Shown here: positions 21,568 through 38,492 of the stretch, piece after piece
Layout: the number at the start of each line of letters is the position of its first letter
Numbering within the stretch: position 1 is the first letter of the stretch
Source: the human T2T-CHM13v2.0 reference genome, Homo sapiens
Assembly: GCF_009914755.1 (NCBI RefSeq)
Contig: NC_060948.1
Reading direction: 5' to 3' (one strand)
DNA: 64,000 bases
Made by a program: the position numbers and the translations under genes
The notes under the pieces: model-generated
Seen by the model: only the letters and a program-made list of their open reading frames with translations
The model's database searches: none
Told to the model about the DNA's origin: nothing

Positions 21568-23695
21568 AGATCCATATTTTTTAAATGAAAAAAAATTTCA
21601 AAGGTACTCTGCTTGGTACAATAATCAAATGTATAAACTGAGGAATAAAACATAACCATGAAACCTACTTATAACTGCATATGGAAAATACAGAGGATAA
21701 TTTTTTAAATAACATATTTTGAAAGCCTTAACTAGTAATTTGAAGAGTTGGCATTTGAAAGGCCAGTATGAATATACCTTCAAAGCAGCAACACAGGTTC
21801 CCCATGAGAAAAAGCAAACACAGGGAAAATAAAAACACAAAGGTTCAATCTCTTCTGACCTTTGAAAGACACAGCACAGACAGTGGTCCTTAAGACGAAG
21901 AGCAGGAGACCCCTAATTCCGTCACCATGGCGATAGGGCATAAACATTGCTGGGTGAGGGCACAATCCACATTGTGAGGTCCAACTGCTGCCAGGAAGAC
22001 AGGAGTGCTTTTACATAGACCGAAAGGTCATTGAAGGCTCAGAGTTTTGTTTCAAGAACTGAATCCCAAGCCCACACGTTATTAGGCTGCGCTTCTTAAA
22101 ACAAGTTATGAGATGGGAAAAAGGGCACCCACAAACATACGTATACATTATGTATATAATAATATAGAGTGTCATATATATAATATATATAACCTATGTA
22201 TAATATTGTTTTACATCCTGCATCTTATGTTATATATATTGTATAAAATATAATAATTGATAATATATAAGTTTTATAATTATACAATATGACATATAGT
22301 ATATATTATAATTTATGACATATATAATATATGTTATATATCATATACAGAATATATTATACGGTTAATATACGTATTAAATATAAATTATACATTATAT
22401 ATATTATATATAATATATCTGTTATATATAATACCCATTATGCATAATATATATATTATGTCTATGTTATATATAGTATAAAACAACATATAATAATATA
22501 TAATTGTATATATAAAATGCGACATATAATATATATTATATTTTATAACATATGTAATATATATTATATATTATATATAATACGTTGTATGTATAATACC
22601 TATATTAAATATATATTATATGACTATGTTATTAATTACATGTCACATGTGTTATATATTATATATTTTACATAGAATATACCGGTTACATACAATATAC
22701 ACTATGTTACCTATAATGTATAATTTATTACATGTAAAATAAAGAATGCAATATATTATGTATAATTTATAATATACAATATGTGGAATGTGATATATAT
22801 AACATATAATATATGATATATGATATACAGTATATGATATATAACATACAATATATGATTCCTAATATATATGGTATACAATATATATTTTATGATATGT
22901 ATTCTATATGTTTTATATTCTGTTATATATAACTATTTGAAATTATATGTAACTGTATAATATTTTATGTAAATATGTAATATAATATATATAACTATAT
23001 AATATATTATATATAACTATATATTATGTTATATATACTTTTATAACATAATTTACATAAAATATCATAACATAATATATATTATATTATTTCATATTAC
23101 ATAATATATATTACATATCACCCAATATAACTAACATACATAATATTATAATATAGATTATATTGTGTTATATTAAATATCATATATATCAGGTATCATA
23201 TATTCTATAATATATATTACACATTATATAATATGTATGTTGTCTATTATGTGATATATATAACTCTATATATAATTATATTTTTATACATATAACTAGA
23301 TAAACATGTAATTCTACATATTTTCATTTATAATATGTAGAATTATATAATCATATATAATTATTTATATTCTATAAAAAATTTTATCATTATATAAATT
23401 ATAATATATAAAAATTATAATATGTACTACAAATATATATATTATATATCATATATGATATAGTACCTTTGTTATATATCATAATACATATAAATGTGTA
23501 TTATGTTATCTATAATTATATAATTTCATATATAAGATGTATAATATGTATCATATATTATATATGTTATGTAATTTATATAGTATATATAAGATGACAC
23601 AGGATAAATATTATATACTATGACATATAAAATATATGAGCTTATATTTTACATATAAGGCATAGCACATAACATGTAATATATATCATATATAA

Positions 23696-23987
23696 TTTTT
23701 TTTTAGACAGAATCTTGTCCTGTTGCACAGGGTGGGGTACAATGGCGCCATCTTTGCTCACTGCAACTTCTGCCTCACGGGTCCAAGCGATTGTCCTCCC
23801 TGAGCCTCCCAGGTAGCTGGGACTACACCACACTGGGACTACACCAGCTGCCACCATGCCTAGCTAATTTTTTGGATTTTTAGTAGTGACAGCGTTTCAC
23901 TGTATTGGCCAGGATGATCTTGATCTCTTCACCTTGTGATCCCCTTGCCTTGGCCTCCAAATTTGCTGGGATTACAGGCCTGAGCCA
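23696..23987 (-). mobile_element. Alu copy in U10
   Basis: Same Alu landmarks; CCTGAGCCTCCC variant shared with U11. Confidence 0.92.
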
Positions 23988-26115
23988 AGATCTATATTTT
24001 TTAAATGAAAAAAAATTTCAAAGGTACTCTGCTTGGTACAATAATCAAATGTATAAACTGAGGAATAAAACATAACCATGAAACCTACTTATAACTGCAT
24101 ATGGAAAATACAGAGGATAATTTTTTAAATAACATATTTTGAAAGCCTTAACTAGTAATTTGAAGAGTTGGCATTTGAAAGGCCAGTATGAATATACCTT
24201 CAAAGCAGCAACACAGGTTCCCCATGAGAAAAAGCAAACACAGGGAAAATAAAAACACAAAGGTTCAATCTCTTCTGACCTTTGAAAGACACAGCACAGA
24301 CAGTGGTCCTTAGGACGAAGAGCAGGAGACCCCTAATTCCGTCACCATGGCGATAGGGCATAAACATTGCTGGGTGAGGGCACAATCCACATTGTGAGGT
24401 CCAACTGCTGCCAGGAAGACAGGAGTGCTTTTACATAGACCGAAAGGTCATTGAAGGCTCAGAGTTTTGTTTCAAGAACTGAATCCCAAGCCCACACGTT
24501 ATTAGGCTGCGCTTCTTAAAACAAGTTCTGAGATGGGAAAAAGGGCACCCACAAACATACGTATACATTATGTATATAATAATATACAGTGTCATATATA
24601 TAATATATATAACCTATGTATAATATTGTTTTACATCCTGCATCTTATGTTATATATATTGTATAAAATATAATAATTGATAATATATAAGTTTTATAAT
24701 TATACAATATGACATATAGTATATATTATAATTTATGACATATATAATATATGTTATATATCATATACAGAATATATTATACGGTTAATATACGTATTAA
24801 ATATAAATTATACATTATATATATTATATATAATATATCTGTTATATATAATACCCATTATGCATAATATATATATTATGTCTATGTTATATATAGTATA
24901 AAACAACATATAATAATATATAATTGTATATATAAAATGCGACATATAATATATATTATATTTTATAACATATGTAATATATATTATATATTATATATAA
25001 TACGTTGTATGTATAATACCTATATTAAATATATATTATATGACTATGTTATTAATTACATGTCACATGTGTTATATATTATATATTTTACATAGAATAT
25101 ACCGGTTACATACAATATACACTATGTTACCTATAATGTATAATTGATTACATGTAAAATAAAGAATGCAATATATTATGTATAATTTATAATATACAAT
25201 ATGTGGAATGTGATATATATAACATATAATATATGATATATGATATACAGTATATGATATATAACATACAATATATGATTCCTAATATATATGGTATACA
25301 ATATATATTTTATGATATGTATTCTATATGTTTTATATTCTGTTATATATAACTATTTGAAATTATATGTAACTGTATAATATTTTAGGTAAATATGTAA
25401 TATAATATATATAACTATATAATATATTATATATAACTATATATTATGTTATATATACTTTTATAACATAATTTACATAAAATATCATAACATAATATAT
25501 ATTATATTATTTCATATTACATAATATATATTACATATCACCCAATATAACTAACATACATAATATTATAATATAGATTATATTGTGTTATATTAAATAT
25601 CATATATATCAGGTATCATATATTCCATAATATATATTACACATTATATAATATGTATGTTGTCTATTATGTGATATATATAACTCTATATATAATTATA
25701 TTTTTATACATATAACTAGATAAACATGTAATTCTACATATTTTCATTTATAATATGTAGAATTATATAATCATATATAATTATTTATATTCTATAAAAA
25801 ATTTTATCATTATATAAATTATAATATATAAAAATTATAATATGTACTACAAATATATATATTATATATCATATATGATATAGTACCTTTGTTATATATC
25901 ATAATACATATAAATGTGTATTATGTTATCTATAATTATATAATTTCATATATAAGATGTATAATATGTATCATATATTATATATGTTATGTAATTTATA
26001 TAGTATATATAAGATGACACAGGATAAATATTATATACTATGACATATAAAATATATGAGCTTATATTTTACATATAAGGCATAGCACATAACATGTAAT
26101 ATATATCATATATAA

Positions 26116-26407
26116 TTTTTTTTTAGACAGAATCTTGTCCTGTTGCACAGGGTGGGGTACAATGGCGCCATCTTTGCTCACTGCAACTTCTGCCTCACGG
26201 GTCCAAGCGATTGTCCTCCCTGAGCCTCCCAGGTAGCTGGGACTACACCACACTGGGACTACACCAGCTGCCACCATGCCTAGCTAATTTTTTGGATTTT
26301 TAGTAGTGACAGTGTTTCACTGTATTGGCCAGGATGGTCTTGATCTCTTCACCTTGTGATCCCCTTGCCTTGGCCTCCAAATTTGCTGGGATTACAGGCC
26401 TGAGCCA
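26116..26407 (-). mobile_element. Alu copy in U11
   Basis: Same Alu landmarks as U1. Confidence 0.92.
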
Positions 26408-28532
26408 AGATCTATATTTTTTAAATGAAAAAAAATTTCAAAGGTACTCTGCTTGGTACAATAATCAAATGTATAAACTGAGGAATAAAACATAACCATG
26501 AAACCTACTTATAACTGCATATGGAAAATACAGAGGATAATTTTTTAAATAACATATTTTGAAAGCCTTAACTAGTAATTTGAAGAGTTGGCATTTGAAA
26601 GGCCAGTATGAATATACCTTCAAACAGCAACACAGGTTCCCCATGAGAAAAAGCAAACACAGGGAAAATAAAAACACAAAGGTTCAATCTCTTCTGACCT
26701 TTGAAAGACACAGCACAGACAGTGGTCCTTAGGACGAAGAGCAGGAGACCCCTAATTCCGTCACCATGGCGATAGGGCATAAACATTGCTGGGTGAGGGC
26801 ACAATCCACATTGTGAGGTCCAACTGCTGCCAGGAAGACAGGAGTGCTTTTACATAGACCGAAAGGTCATTGAAGGCTCAGAGTTTTGTTTCAAGAACTG
26901 AATCCCAAGCCCACACGTTATTAGGCTGCGCTTCTTAAAACAAGTTCTGAGATGGGAAAAAGGGCACCCACAAACATACGTATACATTATGTATATAATA
27001 ATATACAGTGTCATATATATAATATATATAACCTATGTATAATATTGTTTTACATCCTGCATCTTATGTTATATATATTGTATAAAATATAATAATTGAT
27101 AATATATAACTTTTATAATTATACAATATGACATATAGTATATATTATAATTTATGACATATATAATATATGTTATATATCATATACAGAATATATTATA
27201 CGGTTAATATACGTATTAAATATAAATTATACATTATATATATTATATATAATATATCTGTTATATATAATACCCATTATGCATAATATATATATTATGT
27301 CTATGTTATATATAGTATAAAACAACATATAATAATATATAATTGTATATATAAAATACGACATATAATATATATTATATTTTATAACATATGTAATATA
27401 TATTATATATTATATATAATACGTTGTATGTATAATACCTATATTAAATATATATTATATGACTATGTTATTAATTACATGTCACATGTGTTATATATTA
27501 TATATTTTACATAGAATATACCGGTTACATACAATATACACTATGTTACCTATAATGTATAATTTATTACATGTAAAATAATGAATGCAATATATTATGT
27601 ATAATTTATAATATACAATATGTGGAATGTGATATATATAACATATAATATATGATATATGATATACAGTATATGATATATAACATACAATATATGATTC
27701 CTAATATATATGGTATACAATATATATTTTATGATATGTATTCTATATGTTTTATATTCTGTTTTATATAACTATTTGAAATTATATGTAACTGTATAAT
27801 AATTTATGTAAATATGTAATATTATATATAACTATATAATATATTATATATAACTATATATTATGTTATATATACTTTTATAACATAATTTACATAAAAT
27901 ATCATAACATAATATATATTATATTATTTCATATTACATAATATATATTACATATCACCCAATATAACTAACATACATAATATTATAATATAGATTATAT
28001 TGTGTTATATTAAATATCATATATATCATGTATCATATATTCTATAATATATATTACACATTATATAATATGTATGTTGTCTATTATGTGATATATATAA
28101 CTCTATATATAATTATATTTTTATACATATAACTAGATAAACATGTAATTCTACATATTTTCATTTATAATATGTAGAATTATATAATCATATATAATTA
28201 TTTATATTCTATAAAAAATTTTATCATTATATAAATTATAACATATAAAAATTATAATATGTACTACAAATATATATATTATATATCATATATGATATAG
28301 TACCTTTGTTATATATCATAATACATATAAATGTGTATTATGTTATGTATAATTATATAATTTCATATATAAGATGTATAATATGTATCATATATTATAT
28401 ATGTTATGTAATATATATAGTATATATAAGATGACACAGGATAAATATTATATACTATGACATATAAAATATATGAGCTTATATTTTACATATAAGGCAT
28501 AGCACATAACATGTAATATATATCATATATAA

Positions 28533-28824
28533 TTTTTTTTTAGACAGAATCTTGTCCTGTTGCACAGGGTGGGGTACAATGGCGCCATCTTTGCTCACTG
28601 CAACTTCTGCCCCACGGGTCCAAGCGATGGTCCTCCCTCAGCCTCCCAGGTAGCTGGGACTACACCACACTGGGACTACACCAGCTGCCACCATGCCTAG
28701 CTAATTTTTTGGATTTTTAGTAGTGACAGCCTTTCACTGTATTGGCCAGGATGGTCTTGATCTCTTCACCTTGTGATCCCCTTGCCTTGGCCTCCAAATT
28801 TGCTGGGATTACAGGCCTGAGCCA
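28533..28824 (-). mobile_element. Alu copy in U12
   Basis: Same Alu landmarks as U1. Confidence 0.92.
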
Positions 28825-30931
28825 AGATCCATATTTTTTAAATGAAAAAAAATTTCAAAGGTACTCTGCTTGGTACAATAATCAAATGTATAAACTGAGG
28901 AATAAAACATACCCATGAAACCTACTTATAACTGCATATGGAAAATACAGAGGATAATTTTTTAAATAACATATTTTGAAAGCCTTAACTAGTAATTTGA
29001 AGAGTTGGCATTTGAAAGGCCAGTATGAATATACCTTCAATGCAGCAACACAGGTTCCCCATGAGAAAAAGCAAACACAGGGAAAATAAAAACACAAAGG
29101 TTCAATCTCTTCTGACCTTTGAAAGACACAGCACAGACAGTGGTCCTTAGGACGAAGAGCAGGAGACCCCTAATTCCGTCACCATGGCGATAGGGCATAA
29201 ACATTGCTGGGTGAGGGCACAATCCACATTGTGAGGTCCAACTGCTGCCAGGAAGACAGGAGTGCTTTTACATAGACCGAAAGGTCATTGAAGGCTCAGA
29301 GTTTTGTTTCAAGAACTGAATCCCAAGCCCACACGTTATTAGGCTGCGCTTCTTAAAACAAGTTATGAGATGGGAAAAAGGGCACCCACAATCATACCTA
29401 TACATTATGTATATAATAATATAGAGTGTCATATATATAATATATATAACCTATGTATAATATTGTTTTACATCCTGCATCTTATGTTATATATATTGTA
29501 GAAAATATAATAATTGATAATATATAAGTTTTATAATTATACAATATGACATATAGTATATATTTTAATTTATGACATATATAATATATGTTATATATCA
29601 TATACAGAATATATTATACGGTTAATATACGTATTAAATATAAATTATACATTATATATATTATATATAATATATCTGTTATATATAATACCCATTATGC
29701 ATAATATATATATATTATGTCTATGTTATATATAGTATAAAACAACATATAATAATATATAATTGTATATATAAAATGCGACATATAATATATATTATAT
29801 TTTATAATATATGTAATATATATTATATATTATATATAATACGTTGTATGTATAATACCTATATTAAATATATATTATATGACTATGTTATTAATTACAT
29901 GTCACATGTGTTATATATTATATATTTTACATAGAATATACCGGTTACATACAATATATACTATGTTACCTATAATGTATAATTTATTACATGTAAAATA
30001 AAGAATGCAATATATTATGTATAATTTATAATATACAATATGTGGAATGTGATATATATAACATATAATATATGATATATGATATACAGTATATGATATA
30101 TAACATACAATATATGATTCCTAATATATATGGTATACAATATATATTTTATGATATGTATTCTATATGTTTTATATTCTGTTATATATAACTATTTGAA
30201 ATTATATATAACTGTATAATATTTTATGTAAATATGTAATATAATATATATAACTATATAATATATTATATATAACTATATATTATGTTATATATACTTT
30301 TATAACATAATTTACATAAAATATCATAATATAATATATATTATATTATTTCATATTACATAATATATATTACATATCACCCAATATAACTAACATACAT
30401 AATATTATAATATAGATTATATTGTGTTATATTAAATATCATATATATCATGTATCATATATTCTATAATATATATTACACATTATATAATATGTATGTT
30501 GTATATTATGTGATATATATAACTCTATATATAATTATATTTTTATACATATAACTAGATAAACATGTAATTCTACATATTTTCATTTATAATATGTAGA
30601 ATTATATAATCATATATAATTATTTATATTCTATAAAAAATTTTGTCATTATATAAATTATAATATATAAAAATTATAATATGTATTACAAATATATATA
30701 TTATATATCATATATGATATAGTACCTTTGTTATATATCATAATACATATAAATGTGTATTATGTTATCTATAATTATATAATTTCATATATAAGATGTA
30801 TAATATGTATCATATATTATATATGTTATGTAACATATATAGTATATATAAGATGACACAGGATAAATATTATATACTATGACATATAAAATATATGAGG
30901 TTATATGTTACATATAAGGCATAGCACATAA

Positions 30932-31246
<315 letters not shown>

Positions 31247-33344
31247 AGATCCATATTTTTTAAATGAAAAAAAATTTCAAAGGTACTCTGCTTGGTACAA
31301 TAATCAAATGTATAAACTGAGGAATAAAACATAACCATGAAACCTACTTATAACTGCATATGGAAAATACAGAGGATAATTTTTTAAATAACATATTTTG
31401 AAAGCCTTAACTAGTAATTTGAAGAGTTGGCATTTGAAAGGCCAGTATGAATATACCTTCAAAGCAGCAACACAGGTTCCCCATGAGAAAAAGCAAACAC
31501 AGGGAAAATAAAAACACAAAGGTTCAATCTCTTCTGACCTTTGAAAGACACAGCACAGACAGTGGTCCTTAGGACGAAGAGCAGGAGACCCCTAATTCCG
31601 TCACCATGGCGATAGGGCATAAACATTGCTGGGTGAGGGCACAATCCACATTGTGAGGTCCAACTGCTGCCAGGAAGACAGGAGTGCTTTTACATAGACC
31701 GAAAGGTCATTGAAGGCTCAGAGTTTTGTTTCAAGAACTGAATCCCAAGCCCACACGTTATTAGGCTGCGCTTCTTAAAACAAGTTATGAGATGGGAAAA
31801 AGGGCACCCACAAACATATGTATACATTATGTATATAATAATATACAGTATCATATATATAATATATATAACCTATGTATAATACTGTTTTACATCCTGC
31901 AGCTTATGTTATATACATTGTATAAAATATAATAATTGATAATATATAAGTTTTATAATTATACAATATGACACATAGTATATATTATAATTTATGACAT
32001 ATATAATATATGTTATATATCATATATAGAATATATTATAAGGTTAATATACGTATTAAATATAAATTATACATTATATATATTATATATAATATATCTG
32101 TTATATATAATACCCATTATGCATAATATATATATTATGTCTATGTTATATATAGTATAAAACAACATATAATAATATATAATTGTATATATAAAATGCG
32201 ACATATAATATATATTATATTTTATAACATATGTAATATATATTATATATAATACGTTGTATGTATAATACCTATATTAAATATATATTATATGACTATG
32301 TTATTAATTACATGTCACATGTGTTATATATTATATATTTTACATAGAATATACCGGTTACATACAATATATACTATGTTACCTATAATGTATAATTTAT
32401 TACATGTAAAATAAAGAATGCAATATATTATGTATAATTTATAATATACAATATGTGGAATGTGATATATATAACATATAATATATGATATATGATATAC
32501 AGTATATGATATATAACATACAATATATGATTCCTAATATATATGGTATACAATATATATTTTATGATATGTATTCTATATGTTTTATATTCTGTTATAT
32601 ATAACTATTTGAAATTATATATAACTGTATAATATTTTATGTAAATATGTAATATAATATATATAACTATATAATATATTATATATAACTATATATTATG
32701 TTATATATACTTTTATAACATAATTTACATAAAATATCATAATATAATATATATTATATTATTTCATATTACATAATATATATTACATATCACCCAATAT
32801 AACTAACATACATAATATTATAATATAGATTATATTGTGTTATATTAAATATCATATATATCATGTATCATATATTCTATAATATATATTACACATTATA
32901 TAATATGTATGTTGTCTATTATGTGATATATATAACTCTATATATAATTATATTTTTATACATATAAATAGATAAACATGTAATTCTACATATTTTCATT
33001 TATAATATGTAGAATTATATAATCATATATAATTATTTATATTCTATAAAAAATTTTATCATTATATAAACTATAATATATAAAAATTATAATATGTACT
33101 ACAAATATATATATTATATATCATATATGATATAGTACCTTTGTTATATATCATAATACATATAAATGTGTATTATGTTATCTATAATTATATAATTTCA
33201 TATATAAGATGTATAATATGTATCATATATTATATATGTTATGTAATATATATAGTATATATAAGATGACACAGGATAAATATTATATACTATGACATAT
33301 AAAATATATGAGGTTATATGTTACATATAAGGCATAGCACATAA

Positions 33345-33659
<315 letters not shown>

Positions 33660-35780
33660 AGATCCATATTTTTTAAATGAAAAAAAATTTCAAAGGTACT
33701 CTGCTTGGTACAATAATCAAATGTATAAACTGAGGAATAAAACATAACCATGAAACCTACTTATAACTGCATATGGAAAATACAGAGGATAATTTTTTAA
33801 ATAACATATTTTGAAAGCCTTAACTAGTAATTTGAAGAGTTGGCATTTGAAAGGCCAGTATGAATATACCTTCAAAGCAGCAACACAGGTTCCCCATGAG
33901 AAAAAGCAAACACAGGGAAAATAAAAACACAAAGGTTCAATCTCTTCTGACCTTTGAAAGACACAGCACAGACAGTGGTCCTTAGGACGAAGAGCAGGAG
34001 ACCCCTAATTCCGTCACCATGGCGATAGGGCATAAACATTGCTGGGTGAGGGCACAATCCACATTGTGAGGTCCAACTGCTGCCAGGAAGACAGGAGTGC
34101 TTTTACATAGACCGAAAGGTCATTGAAGGCTCAGAGTTTTGTTTCAAGAACTGAATCCCAAGCCCACACGTTATTAGGCTGTGCTTCTTAAAACAAGTTA
34201 TGAGATGGGAAAAAGGGCACCCACAAACATACGTATACATTATGTATATAATAATATACAGTATCATATATATAATATATATAACCTATGTATAATATTG
34301 TTTTACATCCTGCATCTTATGTTATATATATTGTATAAAATATAATAATTGATAATATATAAGTTTTATAATTATACAATATGACATATAGTATATATTA
34401 TAATTTATGACATATATAATATATGTTATATGTCAAATATAGAATATATTATACGGTTAATATACGTATTAAATATAAATTATACCTTATATATATTATA
34501 TATAATATATCTGTTATATATAATACCCATTATGCATAATATATATATTATGTCTATGTTATATATAGTATAAAACAACATATAATAATATATAATTGTA
34601 TATATAAAATGCGACATATAATATATATTATATTTTATAACATATGTAATATATATTATCTATAATACGTTGTATGTATAATACCTATATTAAATATATA
34701 TTATATGACTATGTTATTAATTACATGTCACATGTGTTATATATTATATATTTTACATAGAATATACCGGTTACATACAATATATACTATGTTACCTATA
34801 ATGTATAATTTATTACATGTAAAATAAAGAATGCAATATATTATGTATAATTTATAATATACAATATGTGGAATGTGATATATATAACATATAATGTATG
34901 ATATATGATATACAGTATATGATATATAACATACAATATATGATTCCTAATATATATGGTATACAATATATATTTTATGATATGTATTCTATATGTTTTA
35001 TATTCTGTTATATATAACTATTTGAAATTATATATAACTGTATAATATTTTATGTAAATATGTAATATAATATATATAACTATATAATATATTATATATA
35101 ACTATATATTATGTTATATATACTTTTATAACATAATTTACATAAAATATCATAATATAATATATATTATATTATTTCATATTACATAATATATATTACA
35201 TATCACCCAATATAACTAACATACATAATATTATAATATAGATTATATTGTGTTATACTAAATATCATATATATCATGTATCATATATTCTATAATATAT
35301 ATTACACATTATATAATATGTATGTTGTCTATTATGTGATATATATAACTCTATATATAATTATATTTTTATACATATAACTAGATAAACATGTAATTCT
35401 ACATATTTTCATTTATAATATGTAGAATTATATAATCATATATAATTATTTATATTCTATAAAAAATTTTATCATTATATAAATTATAATATATAAAAAT
35501 TATAATATGTACTACAAATATATATATTATATATCATATATGATATAGTACCTTTGTTATATATCATAATACATATAAATGTGTATTATGTTATCTATAA
35601 TTATATAATTTCATATATAAGATGTATAATATGTATCATATATTATATATGTTATGTAATATATATAGTATATATAAGATGACACAGGATAAATATTATA
35701 TACTATGACATATAAAATATATGAGGTTATATGTTACATATAAGGCATAGCACATAACATGTAATATATACCATATATAA

Positions 35781-36072
35781 TTTTTTTTTAGACAGAATCT
35801 TGTCCTGTTGCACAGGGTGGGGTACAATGGCGCCATCTTTGCTCACTGCAACTTCTGCCTCACGGGTCCAAGCGATTGTCCTCCCTCAGCCTCCCAGGTA
35901 GCTGGGACTACACCACACTGGGACTACACCAGCTGCCACCATGCCTAGCTAATTTTTTGGATTTTTAGTAGTGACAGCGTTTCACTGTATTGGCCAGGAT
36001 GGTCTTGATCTCTTCACCTTGTGATCCCCTTGCCTTGGCCTCCAAATTTGCTGGGATTACAGGCCTGAGCCA
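35781..36072 (-). mobile_element. Alu copy in U15
   Basis: Same Alu landmarks as U1. Confidence 0.92.
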
Positions 36073-38200
36073 AGATCCATATTTTTTAAATGAAAAAAAA
36101 TTTCAAAGGTACTCTGCTTGGTACAATAATCAAATGTATAAACTGAGGAATAAAACATAACCATGAAACCTGCTTATAACTGCATATGGAAAATACAGAG
36201 GATAATTTTTTAAATAACATATTTTGAAAGCCTTAACTAGTAATTTGAAGAGTTGGCATTTGAAAGGCCAGTATGAATATACCTTCAAAGCAGCAACACA
36301 GGTTCCCCATGAGAAAAAGCAAACACAGGGAAAATAAAAACACAAAGGTTCAATCTCTTCTGACCTTTGAAAGACACAGCACAGACAGTGGTCCTTAGGA
36401 CGAAGAGCAGGAGACCCCTAATTCCGTCACCATGGCGATAGGGCATAAACATTGCTGGGTGAGGGCACAATCCACATTGTGAGGTCCAACTGCTGCCAGG
36501 AAGACAGGAGTGCTTTTACATAGACCGAAAGGTCATTGAAGGCTCAGAGTTTTGTTTCAAGAACTGAATCCCAAGCCCACACGTTATTAGGCTGCGCTTC
36601 TTAAAACAAGTTATGAGATGGGAAAAAGGGCACCCACAAACATACGTATACATTATGTATATAATAATATACAGTATCATATATATAATATATATAACCT
36701 ATGTATAATATTGTTTTACATCCTGCATCTTATGTTATATATATTGTATAAAATATAATAATTGATAATATATAAGTTTTATAATTATACAATATGACAT
36801 ATAGTATATATTATAATTTATGACATATATAATATATGTTATATGTCATATATAGAATATATTATAGGGTTAATATACGTATTAAATATAAATTATACAT
36901 TATATATATTATATATAATATATCTGTTATATATAATACCCATTATGCATAATATATATATTATGTCTATGTTATATATAGTATAAAACAACATATAATA
37001 ATATATAATTGTATATATAAAATGCGACATATAATATATATTATATTTTATAACATATTTAATATATATTATATATTATATATAATATGTTGTATGTATA
37101 ATACCTATATTAAATATATATTATATGACTATGTTATTAATTACATGTCACATGTGTTATATATTATATATTTTACATAGAATATACCGGTTACATACAA
37201 TATATACTATGTTACCTATAATGTATAATTTATTACATGTAAAATAAAGAATGCAATATATTATGTATAATTTATAATATACAATATGTGGAATGTGATA
37301 TATATAACATATAATATATGATATATGATATACAGTATATGATATATAACATACAATATATGATTCCTAATATATATGGTATACAATATATATTTTATGA
37401 TATGTATTCTATATGATTTATATTCTGTTATATATAACTATTTGAAATTATATATAACTGTATAATATTTTATGTAAATATGTAATATAATATATATAAC
37501 TATATAATATATTATATATAACTATATATTATGTAATATATACTTTTATAACATAATTTACATAAAATATCATAATATAATATATATTATATTATTTCAT
37601 ATTACATAATATATATTAAATATCACCCAATATAACTAACATACATAATATTATAATATAGATTATATTGTGTTATATTAAATATCATATATATCATGTA
37701 TCATATATTCTATAATATATATTACACATTATATAATATGTATGTTGTCTATTATGTGATATATATAACTCTATATATAATTATATTTTTATACATATAT
37801 CTAGATAAACATGTAATTCTACATATTTTCATTTATAATATGTAGAATTATATAATCATATATAATTATTTATATTCTATAAAAAATTTTATCATTATAT
37901 AAATTATAATATATAAAAATTATAATATGTACTACAAATATATATATTATATATCATATATGATATAGTACCTTTGTTATATATCATAATACATATAAAT
38001 GTGTATTATGTTATCTATAATTATATAATTTCATATATAAGATGTATAATATGTATCATATATTATATATGTTATGTAATATATATAGTATATATAAGCT
38101 GACACAGGATAAATATTATATACTATGACATATAAAATATATGAGGTTATATGTTACATATAAGGCATAGCACATAACATGTAATATATACCATATATAA

Positions 38201-38492
38201 TTTTTTTTTAGACAGAATCTTGTCCTGTTGCACAGGGTGGGGTACAATGGCGCCATCTTTGCTCACTGCAACTTCTGCCTCACGGGTCCAAGCGATTGTC
38301 CTCCCTCAGCCTCCCAGGTAGCTGGGACTACACCACACTGGGACTACACCAGCTGCCACCATGCCTAGCTAATTTTTTGGATTTTTAGTAGTGACAGCCT
38401 TTCACTGTATTGGCCAGGATGGTCTTGATCTCTTCACCTTGTGATCCCCTTGCCTTGGCCTCCAAATTTGCTGGGATTACAGGCCTGAGCCA
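38201..38492 (-). mobile_element. Alu copy in U16
   Basis: Same Alu landmarks as U1. Confidence 0.92.

Noticed and set aside
23642-26277. 71-aa ORFs [10 protein letters not shown]... in U10 and U11, and the 84-aa ORF at 55316-55570
   Set aside because: Typical Alu-derived translations (…EAEVAVS…, …VIPANLEA…) opened by single variants.
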